A stretch of DNA of 64,000 nucleotides from the NCBI GenBank assembly GCA_030066785.1, contig JASJAZ010000006.1:3504-67503 (forward strand), given 5' to 3'. Positions within the stretch are counted from its first letter, which is position 1; every line of letters begins with the position of its first letter. Source of the stretch: Desulfobacterales bacterium (GTDB taxonomy: Bacteria > Desulfobacterota > Desulfobacteria > Desulfobacterales > JASJAZ01). Position numbers and translations under genes: made by a program. The notes under the pieces were generated by a model. The model was not told the DNA's origin, searched no databases, and saw only the letters and a program-made list of their open reading frames with translations. Of this stretch, positions 1 through 9,808 are shown one piece after another.

Positions 1-574
1 AGGCCTGTTGGTCAATTTCCAAGGCACCATAGAAACTGATAACGGTATCAAAACCCCTTTTGGCAAATGATAAGGAACTTTGGCCGTGGCGTGTCTGACA
101 AACATAAATGCATTTGCCGCACAGGATGCAACGGTTGGGGTAATACGTCAAATGCGGGTGTGTTTCATCAATGGCAGGTTCTCTTAAATAGGTTTCCGTT
201 GGCTTGTTTTTCAGGGGAACTTTTAAAAATTTGGCAAGATCCTGAAGAGCGCACTGCTTGTTGGCCGGACAATTTTTACAATCGATATCGTGCACCGATA
301 ACAACAATTGCAACGCCGTGCGCTGCAGTTGGCGCACTGCCGACGTATCCGTACTAACCACCAAACCATCGGCAACCGTGATCGTGCAAGCCGCCACCGG
401 ATCGGGTTGACCTTCGATTTCCACAAAACAGAGGCGGCACGAAGCGGGTGGTTCGGTCATTGCCTTCAAATAACACAAGTTGGGTATAAATATCCCTTTT
501 TCTAAACAGGCTTGCAGCAACGACATCCCTGATTGCGCTTCAATTGACTGGCCGTTGACCGTGATGGTAGGCAT
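1..574 (-). CDS. NuoG/HndD-like 2Fe-2S plus 4Fe-4S subunit, N-terminal part; the gene runs off the left edge of the window
   Basis: Hand translation of the minus strand from ATG at 574 gives MPTITVNGQSIEAQSGMSLLQACLEKGIFIPNLCYLKAMTEPPASCRLCFVEIEG...HPHLTYYPNRCILCGKCIYVCQ with no stop down to position 1. This is the plant-type ferredoxin plus His/Cys cluster pattern of NADH dehydrogenase 75-kDa, Fe-hydrogenase and formate dehydrogenase N-termini. The ATG lies 2 nt after the upstream NuoF-like stop. It is absent from the ORF track because it is open-ended. Confidence 0.75.
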   Translation of the reverse strand, partial: MPTITVNGQSIEAQSGMSLLQACLEKGIFIPNLCYLKAMTEPPASCRLCFVEIEGQPDPVAACTITVADGLVVSTDTSAVRQLQRTALQLLLSVHDIDCKNCPANKQCALQDLAKFLKVPLKNKPTETYLREPAIDETHPHLTYYPNRCILCGKCIYVCQTRHGQSSLSFAKRGFDTVISFYGALEIDQQA

Positions 575-576
575 GC

Positions 577-2529
577 TCAGGCATCCTCAGCATTTTCAGG
601 TTGGGCCGGTCGCTCAATCGCCGGCACCAAATGTGGCGGGGATACTTTACGAACCGCGTCGTATTCGGGGGGACAGGCCACGACACATTCGCCGCATTTA
701 ACGCATAGTTGCTGATCAATGCCTTTTTTACGGGTACTGGTGGTAAAAACCGCGTTGGTGGGACAGCAGCCCACACAGGCATCGCATCCCCGGGCGCACT
801 TGTCCAAATCGATATAATAGGCAATTAAGGGGCGGCACACCAGTCCCGGGCAGCGACCTTCTTTGAGGTGCGCATCGTAATCTTCTTTAAAATACCGAAT
901 CGAGGTGAGTATCGGATTCGGCGCCGTTTTCCCCAATCCACACAGCGAGCCCTTTTTTATATCCAGGCTTAAATCCTGTAATCGCTGCAAATCATCATCC
1001 TGTCCTTCGCCCTTGGTGATGCGTTCAAGAATATCCAACAAATGGCGGGTACCGATGCGGCAAAATGTACATTTGCCGCAAGATTCATTTTGGGTAAAAT
1101 CTAAAAAATAGCGCGACACATCCGCCACGCAAGTATCTTCATCCATGACCACCATACCACCGGAACCCATCATGGCGCCGGCTTGGGTTAGAGAATCAAA
1201 ATCAATCGGGGTATCCAAAAACGCTGCCGGCAGGCACCCCCCCGAGGGTCCCCCGATCTGTACGGCCTTAAATGCTTTCTGATTGGGTATGCCCCCGCAA
1301 ATATCAAAAATGAGCTCGCGCAGCGTCACCCCCATGGGAATTTCCACCAAGCCGGCATGGACCACATCGCCAACCACCGAAAATATGGCGGTTCCTGGAC
1401 TTTCTTCCGTGCCGATGCTCCGAAACCAGGAGTAACCTTTCTCAATGATTGGCGGCACGCAGGCCAGCGTTTTCACATTATTGATCACGGTGGGTTGGCC
1501 CTTGAGGCCGTTGACCACCGGATAGGGTGGCCGGTGTTGCGGCATCCCCCGATAGCCTTCGATGGAGCGAATCATTCCGGTTTCTTCACCACAAACAAAA
1601 GCGCCGGAACCCTGAAATAGTTTTATTCTAAAGTTAAAGTCGGTTTCAAAAATATGGCGGCCCAGAATCCCCATGGTTTCCGCCTGAGCGATGGCGCGTG
1701 TCATTATTTTAACAGCCAGAGGATATTCGGCCCGCACATAGATTATTCCCTGATGTGCGCCCACCGCCCGTGCACATATGGCCATGCCTTCCAAAACTTG
1801 GTGGGGATTGCTTTCTATAATGGTTCGATCCATGTATGCACCCGGATCGCCTTCATCGGCATTACAAATGACGACTTTTTCGAGGCTCTCCGCCTCACGA
1901 GCCAGCGCCCATTTGCGTCCCGTGGAAAATCCGGCACCACCCCGTCCCCGCAGGCCGGCATGCTGGATTGCAGCCACTATGTCTTCCGGAGCCATTTGCA
2001 GTGCTTGCGCCAATCCGCTATATCCCCCGCTGACTAAATAATCATCTATTTCCTCTGGATTGATGTGACCGCATTTTTCCATTACCACCCGCACTTCCTG
2101 GTTGAAACGGTCAAACTCGGTTACCGATGGAATCATTTCATTGGTTTCCATGGCACCGTAGATATGTTCGAAGCAGGGGTCACCTTCGATTAAAAACTGC
2201 CGCACCAGCATTTTGGCTTTGCCGGCCGTTACGTTATGGTAGAATATCGGTGCAAATCCTGAATCCGGGTGATCAATAATAACCACCGGTTCGGCGTAAC
2301 AATGCCCAATACATCCCACTGTATAAATTTGCGCTTCCACCCTCCGTTCCGCCAGTGCCTGTTCAAATGTCTGCTTGGTCTCAATGGCCCCGGCTGCGAT
2401 GCCGCAGGTGGCCATGCCGATGGTGATCTTGGGAACCGCGCCATCGGTATCTGCGGTTTTACGCTGGTCGGCTTGTTCCCGAATCCTTTGAAAAACCGCT
2501 TTTAATGCTTGGTGATTGGCTACCGTCAT
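577..2529 (-). CDS. NuoF/HydB-type NAD(P)H-binding flavoprotein subunit with an N-terminal thioredoxin-like 2Fe-2S domain and a C-terminal 2x[4Fe-4S] ferredoxin domain
   Basis: 650-aa ORF. Motifs GLRGRGGAGFSTGRKW (FMN/NADH site), ESCGKCTFCR (N3 cluster) and a C-terminal CxxCxxCxxxCP pair. It overlaps the upstream NuoE-like gene by 4 nt. Confidence 0.9.
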   Translation of the reverse strand: MTVANHQALKAVFQRIREQADQRKTADTDGAVPKITIGMATCGIAAGAIETKQTFEQALAERRVEAQIYTVGCIGHCYAEPVVIIDHPDSGFAPIFYHNVTAGKAKMLVRQFLIEGDPCFEHIYGAMETNEMIPSVTEFDRFNQEVRVVMEKCGHINPEEIDDYLVSGGYSGLAQALQMAPEDIVAAIQHAGLRGRGGAGFSTGRKWALAREAESLEKVVICNADEGDPGAYMDRTIIESNPHQVLEGMAICARAVGAHQGIIYVRAEYPLAVKIMTRAIAQAETMGILGRHIFETDFNFRIKLFQGSGAFVCGEETGMIRSIEGYRGMPQHRPPYPVVNGLKGQPTVINNVKTLACVPPIIEKGYSWFRSIGTEESPGTAIFSVVGDVVHAGLVEIPMGVTLRELIFDICGGIPNQKAFKAVQIGGPSGGCLPAAFLDTPIDFDSLTQAGAMMGSGGMVVMDEDTCVADVSRYFLDFTQNESCGKCTFCRIGTRHLLDILERITKGEGQDDDLQRLQDLSLDIKKGSLCGLGKTAPNPILTSIRYFKEDYDAHLKEGRCPGLVCRPLIAYYIDLDKCARGCDACVGCCPTNAVFTTSTRKKGIDQQLCVKCGECVVACPPEYDAVRKVSPPHLVPAIERPAQPENAEDA

Positions 2530-3047
2530 TTTTCGGACTTCTGTCTGGCCTCCATTTCCTTTTCCACTTGTATTCGTGTAAAAATACCTTCTACCTTGCT
2601 GGGCGCCATGTTGCCATGCACCGATTCACCTAACAAAGCCACCGGCGCAAGGGCACAACAACCCACACACGCAACCCGCTCAATACTGAACTCGCGATCA
2701 GGTGTGGTTTCGCCCTCTTTGATTTCCAGTTTGCGCTCAAAATTTTCAAGGATAATATCGGCCCCTTTCACGTGGCAGGCCGTTCCCAGGCAAACTTTAA
2801 CCGGATACTTACCCGGTGGATTAAACCGAAATTGATTGTAAAAGCTTGCCACACCGTAAACTTCCGCCGGTGCTAGATTAAAATGGGCTGCGACCAATGC
2901 AATTGATTGATAAGGGATATAGGCCAACCTTGCTTGAATGTATTGTAACACCGGAATCAGTCGGCTCCGATCCCGCTTTGATTCAGACAAATATTGCTGA
3001 ATATCGGCCAGGATCGCTTTTTCTTCAGACGTCAGCACATCGTTCAT
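2526..3047 (-). CDS. NuoE/HydC-type 2Fe-2S thioredoxin-like ferredoxin subunit
   Basis: The ORF contains VCLGTACHVKGA...VACVGCCALAP, the NuoE 2Fe-2S motif. I placed the start at MNDVLT (ATG 3047). The track start at 3092 is a TTG and is an alternative. Confidence 0.8.
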   Translation of the reverse strand: MNDVLTSEEKAILADIQQYLSESKRDRSRLIPVLQYIQARLAYIPYQSIALVAAHFNLAPAEVYGVASFYNQFRFNPPGKYPVKVCLGTACHVKGADIILENFERKLEIKEGETTPDREFSIERVACVGCCALAPVALLGESVHGNMAPSKVEGIFTRIQVEKEMEARQKSEK

Positions 3048-3140
3048 TGACAAAGCCTTTGGGAAAATACAGCATGATGTTTTCCAAACCAAATTACGGG
3101 TACGAGGTCTGATGGCATGGTTGCGATATCACAAGCAAAA

Positions 3141-3620
3141 TCAGATTTTTTCCAGCGCGCCGTATGCATCCTGAATTCGATCCCTCAGTAAAAAACAGAA
3201 TTGTTCCATTATCTTAAAACCCAAATCTTTATTCGATAATATTAAGCCGCGAATATCGGTACCCTTAATCACAATCAATTTGGTCGGTTTCTGACAGGGT
3301 GCCGATGACATCAAGATATGCGGTTCGCCCAGCAGAGTAGACCAACAACCCAAAACGCGCCCTTTTCCCAGGGTGGCAATGGTTACAGTCCCGCGGCGCG
3401 ATCCTAAATTGACCGATCTTTCCAGAAAAACTTGCCCTTCAGCAATAACGTATAAGTGCTCGCCGTAATCGCCTTGTTGAAAAACGTACTCACCGGCCTT
3501 AAGGCTTTTTATCTGGCAAAGTCCGCTGATCGCATCGATATCGTTTTGATCAAAATCCTTGCAAATTTCGCAGTTGATCAAGGCTTGCACAATTTCGCTT
3601 TGGCTCATGGTGTGCCTCAC
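3141..3620 (-). CDS. Stand-alone cyclic-nucleotide-binding (CAP effector-type) domain protein with no DNA-binding domain
   Basis: 159 aa. cNMP-binding fold signature (FQQGDYGEHLYVIAEGQV...LGKGRVLGCWSTLLGEP). It is too short to carry an HTH. Confidence 0.7.
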   Translation of the reverse strand: MRHTMSQSEIVQALINCEICKDFDQNDIDAISGLCQIKSLKAGEYVFQQGDYGEHLYVIAEGQVFLERSVNLGSRRGTVTIATLGKGRVLGCWSTLLGEPHILMSSAPCQKPTKLIVIKGTDIRGLILSNKDLGFKIMEQFCFLLRDRIQDAYGALEKI

Positions 3621-3826
3621 TGGTTAAAATTAAATGCCGCCAGAAGTAAAGGATATCGCTTCGGTATGGCCGAAGTCCATATGCCACCAATGCAATAGAT
3701 CCCGCCTCAAACTTGACTGAGGCATTTATATGGAAAACATACGGGGATGTCAATTTTTATGGGGCGTTTAAGCTGCCGCTGAAAGCCACGGTACGGTTTT
3801 CGTCAGGTATCATTCGGAAAAACTGA

Positions 3827-5104
3827 TTAGGGATTTATGTAATGCGGCAGCCACAGAACGATATCAGGGAAATAGGTAATCAAAAAAAGCAGGGCAATCA
3901 TGATTCCGAGCAACGGCAATATAAATTTTACTATCTGGGCCAGCTGAATACCTGCGATATTACAAGCAATGAACAAGCAGATTCCAAGAGGTGGCGTCAG
4001 CATGCCGATGGCCAAGGCAATGACCATAACAACCCCAAAATGGACCGGATTGATTCCGAACTGCTCTGCTACCGGCAAGAATACCGGTGTTAGAATAATT
4101 AAGGAAGCGGTGGTTTCCATAAATGTGCCAATAACCAGTAGGCAGGCCAGAATCAGGGCGTAAAGAACCACAGGTGAATTGGTTAGGTTGGTTAACCAGA
4201 CCGCTACATTTTGCGGAAGGCGTTCAGCGGTTAAAATCCAGCCAAAGATATTGGCTGTGGCGATCAGCAGCATGACCGTTGAAGTTGCCACCGCTGATTT
4301 TACAAGGACGTTGGGTAAAGCTTTAAGATTAAATTCACGATAAATACACAAGCTCACGCCAAGTCCGTACAAAACGGCCACTACCGCTGCCTCCGTCGGG
4401 GTGAAGATGCCCCCCAAAATGCCACCAATTACAATAACAGGCATCAAAAGCGCCCAAAATGCGCGGACAAAGGTTTGACCGATTACGCTAAAACCGAGAA
4501 AAGTATCACGCGCATAGCCCGACTGGCGTGCCAGCGCGTAGCTGGCCAACATCAGTCCAAGACCGATAATGATGCCGGGAATAATACCACCTAGGAAAAG
4601 TTTGCCAATGGAAACGCCGCCGATCACGCCAAAAATGATCATGGGGATTGATGGTGGAATAATAACACCGATACTGCCACCAGCTGCCTGGATGGCCGCA
4701 GCAAATCCCTTACGATACCCTTTTCTGATCATAGCTGGAATGGATACCGCACCCACGGCGGCCGTATCGGCGGCCGCCGCCCCGGAGATTCCAGCAAAAA
4801 ACATGGCGGCCACAACCGCTACCATCCCCAGGCCCCCATAAATGAAGCCGACCAGTGCGTGGGCAAAATCAAACAAGCGGCGCGAGATACCGCCGGATTC
4901 CATTATGGCCCCGGCTAACATAAAAAATGGAATGGCCATTAGAGGAAAAGAGTCGCATCCGGCAAAAAGGCGTTGGGGAATCAATTGTAAAGGCACATCG
5001 GCGCCCGCCAACAGGGCCGACAAAGAAGCAATCCCCAAGGCAAAGGCGATCGGCATACCAATCGCAAAACAAATCAATAAACTGATGAAAAGCCAGATGG
5101 TCAT
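3827..5104 (-). CDS. dctM: TRAP transporter large permease subunit
   Basis: 425-aa polytopic membrane protein typical of the DctM family. It overlaps dctQ by 4 nt (ATGA). Confidence 0.9.
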   Translation of the reverse strand: MTIWLFISLLICFAIGMPIAFALGIASLSALLAGADVPLQLIPQRLFAGCDSFPLMAIPFFMLAGAIMESGGISRRLFDFAHALVGFIYGGLGMVAVVAAMFFAGISGAAAADTAAVGAVSIPAMIRKGYRKGFAAAIQAAGGSIGVIIPPSIPMIIFGVIGGVSIGKLFLGGIIPGIIIGLGLMLASYALARQSGYARDTFLGFSVIGQTFVRAFWALLMPVIVIGGILGGIFTPTEAAVVAVLYGLGVSLCIYREFNLKALPNVLVKSAVATSTVMLLIATANIFGWILTAERLPQNVAVWLTNLTNSPVVLYALILACLLVIGTFMETTASLIILTPVFLPVAEQFGINPVHFGVVMVIALAIGMLTPPLGICLFIACNIAGIQLAQIVKFILPLLGIMIALLFLITYFPDIVLWLPHYINP

Positions 5105-5586
5105 GGAAAAATTTTCGTATCTTTAATTGAACGGAGGGTTTCCCAGGTAAGGCGCAGCGAATTGATCAACATGAGACAACCACCAACCGGCACGGCCAGA
5201 TAGGGCAGCACCATGGATATGTGCATCGCGGGGGTTTTTTGGAACTTCACAACGCCAAGAATTGTAAAACCTTGATAAATGATGACGACCAAGAAGATCT
5301 GAATGAGGGTGTTGGCCCCCATGGTTACGATGTGATAGATGCGGCTCGATACCCGGTTTTGCAAAAGATCGATTCCCAAGTGCTGCCGGTGTCGGAGGGC
5401 AACTGCGGCGCCGATAAACGTAATCCAAACAAGCAGGTAGCGGCCTATTTCTTCTGACCAATGCAACGGATCATTTAAAATGAATCGAAACCACACTTGG
5501 GCCGAAATAATGGCCACCATTGTGCCCATCAATAGGACCAACAGCCAGTTCAGGAAACGATCCAAACCGCGCAAGATTATTTTCAT
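5101..5586 (-). CDS. dctQ: TRAP transporter small permease subunit
   Basis: 161 aa with four predicted TM segments. It sits between the dctP and dctM homologues. Confidence 0.85.
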   Translation of the reverse strand: MKIILRGLDRFLNWLLVLLMGTMVAIISAQVWFRFILNDPLHWSEEIGRYLLVWITFIGAAVALRHRQHLGIDLLQNRVSSRIYHIVTMGANTLIQIFLVVIIYQGFTILGVVKFQKTPAMHISMVLPYLAVPVGGCLMLINSLRLTWETLRSIKDTKIFP

Positions 5587-5598
5587 GATACCATGAAC

Positions 5599-6639
5599 TT
5601 ATCGCACTGCTTGACGTACGCGCTCGATTAAAGCCTTACCGCTAGCCATATCGCCCCCGCCAACGGCTTTCATAACCCTGGGATCCGTATAAACCCGGCG
5701 CACCGCTTGGGTAAAACGATTTTTGTCGGGATGACTGATGACCATGCCTTCAGATTTGAGTTTGATCTCCAGATTCTGGTCCGCCTCGCGGGACAACCCG
5801 CGCTCATAATCGCGGGCCACAACCGCGGCGTTGACCAAAACCTTTTGCTGGGATGGTGGCAGTTTCTGCCATACCGTTTCACTGACTAGCAGCATGGCCG
5901 GTGAATAAAAGTGACCCGTAATGGCTAAATATTTCTGGACTTCAAACAGGCGCGACGAATAGATCACTGCCAATGGATTTTCCTGAGCATGCACGGCGCC
6001 TTGCTCCAGCGCCGTAAACAACTCCCCAAAGGCCATGGGCAAAGGCGCCGCTCCCAGGGACTGCATGGAAATGATAAAAAGATCATCCTCCATGACACGA
6101 ATTTTCAATCCCTGCATATCCTGGGGAGATCGAATCGGCCGGACCGAATTGGTAATATTGCGAAAACCGTTTTCAAACCAACCCAAAGAGCGAATCCCGA
6201 TTGCAAGAAATTTCTGGCTGATGTCATTTCCGATGGGGCCATCCAGCATTCGGTAGCAAGTCGCGCGGTCTTTAAAAAGAAACGGCAGGTTAAAAACTTT
6301 GACATCGGGTATGAAGTTTCCCAGGGGACCCGTGGATGTCAGACACATTTCCAGTGTGCCCAGTTGGAGACCTTCTACCATTTCACGCTCGGAGCCAAGT
6401 TGAGCGGCAGGAAATAACTGAATGTCGATAGCGCCGTTCGTTTTAGCTTCAACGATAGACTCGAAGTGTTTAATACCCTGATTGTAAATATGATCCGGCT
6501 GAGTGGCGGTGCCGACTTTTAAAACCGTCTGGGCCATACACCCCGTATCCGCCCAAAAAAAACTGCCCGCACACAACACTATGCCTGTCACCATCTTTAG
6601 CCATCGCTTCATTATGCGCCTCCTTATCAACTGGGTCAT
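5599..6639 (-). CDS. dctP: TRAP transporter periplasmic solute-binding subunit (DctP family)
   Basis: 346 aa with a signal peptide and DctP-family sequence (LKVGTATQPDHIYNQGIKHFE...). The true start may be the internal MKRWLKM. Confidence 0.85.
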   Translation of the reverse strand: MTQLIRRRIMKRWLKMVTGIVLCAGSFFWADTGCMAQTVLKVGTATQPDHIYNQGIKHFESIVEAKTNGAIDIQLFPAAQLGSEREMVEGLQLGTLEMCLTSTGPLGNFIPDVKVFNLPFLFKDRATCYRMLDGPIGNDISQKFLAIGIRSLGWFENGFRNITNSVRPIRSPQDMQGLKIRVMEDDLFIISMQSLGAAPLPMAFGELFTALEQGAVHAQENPLAVIYSSRLFEVQKYLAITGHFYSPAMLLVSETVWQKLPPSQQKVLVNAAVVARDYERGLSREADQNLEIKLKSEGMVISHPDKNRFTQAVRRVYTDPRVMKAVGGGDMASGKALIERVRQAVR

Positions 6640-6913
6640 TCTGAATGAGATGCTTGCTTTCGTTCTTATCTACTATCGCAATATTTCGCAACCATCTATC
6701 GCCAGAATATCTATATCGGTAAATCATTTGGTAATTTCAGTACTTCGGTGACGACATAGCTAGCGCCGTGCTGACAGATCTATTTTAGTGTTTGCATTTT
6801 AAGTGCGTTTGTATGAAATTAAATCGGTTTATGCTTACGATTCACACAGACCACACAATCGGGTTTGTCCATTAATGTTTTCATATTGTTGCAGCATTTG
6901 AAGGAATGGGGCA

Positions 6914-7891
6914 ATGAAAATCACTGTTGTCGGCGCCGGCGCCATGGGCAGCCTTTTTGGGGCAATGCTGTTTGAAGCCGGGTTAAATGTCTCCCTGTTC
7001 ACCACCAATGTCGCTCACACAGCCGCCATCCAAAATGACGGCCTCAAAATCGAAGTTAGTGGTAAAACTCGTACCGTCCCGGTTTCAGCCATCTCAGATC
7101 CAATCAACCTGGATCCCGTCGATCTGGTCATTGTATTGGTAAAATCGCCCCAAACCCAACCCGCAGCTAAGACGGCTAAAAAAATTCTAAAGCCCAATGG
7201 TGTTGCCTTAACGCTGCAAAATGGGCTTGGCAACGCCGATATTATTGCCGCCACGATTAGCCCCAATAAGGTTTTGGCGGGCTCCACCTCGCATGGCGCC
7301 ACCATGCTCGCCCCGGGCCGTATTCGTCATGCCGGCAAGGGCCCTTCCGTTATCGGTCCATGGGGCGCCTGCAAACTGCAATGTGCGCAGATGATTGCCG
7401 GGCATTTTGCGCAGGCAGGCATTGACATCACCGTATCGGATAAAATTGAAACGGTCTTATGGCAAAAACTTTTAATCAATATCGGTATCAATGCCATTAC
7501 CGCCTTAACCGGTATTAAAAATGGACAACTATTGGATCTGGCCGTCACACAGGAACTATCCCGACAAGCGGTGCTAGAAGGCATGCAAGTAGCACAAGCC
7601 CTCGGCATCGATGTCAGCAATGATGTTGTCGAAAACGTTGTCAAAATTGCCAAGGCCACTGCGAATAACCGCTCTTCCATGGGGCAAGATGTCGATCGGC
7701 ACCGTGAGACTGAAATTAATGCCATCAATGGCCTGATTGTACGCCAAGCACAAAAATTGGGATTGACCGTACCAATTAATCAAACTCTGACCACCTTGAT
7801 CCAAACACTGCAGACGCACTATCTTGAGCAGAAAGGAGCAGACGAATATGGGTCGCGCAAAAACGACGGTAAAGGATATCCGCCAGGCTAA
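6914..7891 (+). CDS. panE: 2-dehydropantoate 2-reductase (ketopantoate reductase)
   Basis: N-terminal Rossmann motif MKITVVGAGAMGSLFG, a C-terminal ApbA_C-like region and adjacency to panB. The 3' end overlaps panB by 44 nt in another frame. Confidence 0.8.
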   Translation: MKITVVGAGAMGSLFGAMLFEAGLNVSLFTTNVAHTAAIQNDGLKIEVSGKTRTVPVSAISDPINLDPVDLVIVLVKSPQTQPAAKTAKKILKPNGVALTLQNGLGNADIIAATISPNKVLAGSTSHGATMLAPGRIRHAGKGPSVIGPWGACKLQCAQMIAGHFAQAGIDITVSDKIETVLWQKLLINIGINAITALTGIKNGQLLDLAVTQELSRQAVLEGMQVAQALGIDVSNDVVENVVKIAKATANNRSSMGQDVDRHRETEINAINGLIVRQAQKLGLTVPINQTLTTLIQTLQTHYLEQKGADEYGSRKNDGKGYPPG

Positions 7892-8693
7892 AATCGCAGA
7901 GCGCAAACTGGCCATGTGCACCGCATATGACTATCCATTCGGTCTTCTGGCCGACGAAGCGGGAATGGATATGGTTTTAGTGGGAGACTCGCTGGGAATG
8001 GTCGTAATGGGCATGGAGAGCACTGTCGCAGTTACGATGGAGCATATGATTCATCATGTCCGCGCGGTGGTGCGGGGGTGCTATCATCCGCTGGTTATTG
8101 GCGACATGCCGTTTATGAGCTACAATATCAGTATCGCAGAAGCCATACACAATGCCGGCCGTTTTATGAAAGAAGGCGGTTGCGATGCTGTCAAACTGGA
8201 AGGCGGTGTTGATTTTGCCCCCACGGTGACGGCCATTGTTAAAGCCGGTATTCCGGTGCAGGGACACATTGGCCTAACCCCTCAAACGGCCAGTGCGTTG
8301 GGCGGTTTTAAATTGCAAGGACGGGATGCGGCGGCTGCCAAACAAATTGTTGAAGATGCATTGGCACTTGAAAAAGCAGGGGTTTTTTCAATGGTTCTGG
8401 AAGCCGTACCGGCGCCGTTGGGCCAAATCGTGACCAATGCCGTATCTGTTCCGGTGATTGGCATTGGCGCCGGAGCCGATGTCGATGGGCAGGTGTTGGT
8501 CACCCATGATATGGTTGGTTTATTCGATAAATTTGTACCGAAATTTGTTAAACAATATACCAATATCAGGGAAACGATCCTGACGGCATTGGGCGCATAC
8601 AAAAAAGATGTTCAGACCGGCACCTTTCCAGGACCGGAACAGTCATTTGAAATGCCGGAGGAAACTTTACAGCAACTCAAAAAAATGATTTAG
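7848..8693 (+). CDS. panB: 3-methyl-2-oxobutanoate hydroxymethyltransferase (ketopantoate hydroxymethyltransferase)
   Basis: Strong PanB-like sequence (MCTAYDYPFGLLADEAGMDMVLVGDSLGMVVMG...VKLEGG...GHIGLTPQ). The start is set at MGRAKT, preceded by AAAGGAG. Confidence 0.9.
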   Translation: MGRAKTTVKDIRQAKIAERKLAMCTAYDYPFGLLADEAGMDMVLVGDSLGMVVMGMESTVAVTMEHMIHHVRAVVRGCYHPLVIGDMPFMSYNISIAEAIHNAGRFMKEGGCDAVKLEGGVDFAPTVTAIVKAGIPVQGHIGLTPQTASALGGFKLQGRDAAAAKQIVEDALALEKAGVFSMVLEAVPAPLGQIVTNAVSVPVIGIGAGADVDGQVLVTHDMVGLFDKFVPKFVKQYTNIRETILTALGAYKKDVQTGTFPGPEQSFEMPEETLQQLKKMI

Positions 8694-8741
8694 AAATAGT
8701 CCGGCTTTTGGAGGTGCGTTACTAAAATACAAAAACCCGGC

Positions 8742-8771
8742 CCCTCAGGGAACCGGGTTTTCGTTACCATC
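8742..8771. terminator. Bidirectional intrinsic-terminator-like hairpin between convergent panB and metF
   Basis: AAAACCCGG...CCGGGTTTT. The stem AACCCGG/CCGGGTT is flanked by an A-run on one side and a T-run on the other. Confidence 0.55.
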
Positions 8772-8784
8772 AAATTTTATTCAT

Positions 8785-9741
8785 TTAATCGACTTCGGGT
8801 CTTGGCAGCACACCGGCTTGCTCAGCAATCTGTGGCACTTTGTGCTCCCATTCAATGGCCATTAGATGCACTCCGGCCACGCCTTGCATTTCTTTGAATT
8901 CTTCGATCTGTTCACAGGCGATTTTGATGCCTTCTTCCGCCACCTTGCCTTTGCCGGCGCCCTGCAGACGCTTGATAAGGTCTTCCGGTACATCCATTCC
9001 TGGGACCTTGCTTTGCATATATTTGGCCATACCAACACTCTTCATGGGCGTTACCCCTGCGAGAATGTATGCTTTTTCGGACAATCCCATATCGTTGGCC
9101 TGTTTAACCCAGGTTCTAAAACGTTCCATATTATAGATACATTGCGTCTGGATGAAATCCACACCCGCCTCAATCTTTTTGGCCAGCCGATGCACACGCC
9201 ATTCATAGGGCTCCGCAAAAGGATTGGCGGCTGCACCAATAAAAATCTTGGGCGGATCTTCAATCTCGGCGCCACCTAAAAATTGGCCCTCATCGCGCAT
9301 CCTTTTCACCATACCGATCAATTGCATGGAGTCGATATCAAATACCCCCTTGGCTTGAGGATGGTCACCAAATTGCTGGTGATCTCCGGAAAGACACAGC
9401 ATGTTGCGAATACCAAGCGCATAAGCGCCCAATATATCGGCCTGCATGGCCAGTCGATTGCGATCCCGGCATACCATTTGAAAATTCGGCTCCAGGCCCT
9501 CCTGCACCAAAATGAACGATGCGGCCCAGCTGGCCATTCGAACCACGGCGGTCTGATTGTCGGTAATATTGACGGCATCCACCATGCCTTTGAGATGCGA
9601 TGCTTTTTCGGTTACCTCTTTGACCGTGGTTCCGCGCGGGGGACCCAGTTCGCCTGTAAAGGCAAAATGGCCTGCACGCAATACTTTTTCTAAATTGCTA
9701 CCCGACTTATAGCCGTTCTGTTCTGTACTCATATCCGTCAC
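8785..9741 (-). CDS. metF: Methylenetetrahydrofolate reductase catalytic subunit (acetogen/SRB MetF type)
   Basis: 318-aa MTHFR TIM-barrel sequence (FAFTGELGPPRG...NITDNQTAVVRMAS...). It lies directly downstream of a MetV-type gene. Confidence 0.9.
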   Translation of the reverse strand: MTDMSTEQNGYKSGSNLEKVLRAGHFAFTGELGPPRGTTVKEVTEKASHLKGMVDAVNITDNQTAVVRMASWAASFILVQEGLEPNFQMVCRDRNRLAMQADILGAYALGIRNMLCLSGDHQQFGDHPQAKGVFDIDSMQLIGMVKRMRDEGQFLGGAEIEDPPKIFIGAAANPFAEPYEWRVHRLAKKIEAGVDFIQTQCIYNMERFRTWVKQANDMGLSEKAYILAGVTPMKSVGMAKYMQSKVPGMDVPEDLIKRLQGAGKGKVAEEGIKIACEQIEEFKEMQGVAGVHLMAIEWEHKVPQIAEQAGVLPRPEVD

Positions 9742-9808
9742 CTTCTTTAAAAATCAGTTATCATGGTTAAAAGCAGTTTGGGCAATCAACCATTTACACG
9801 GAAAAAAA

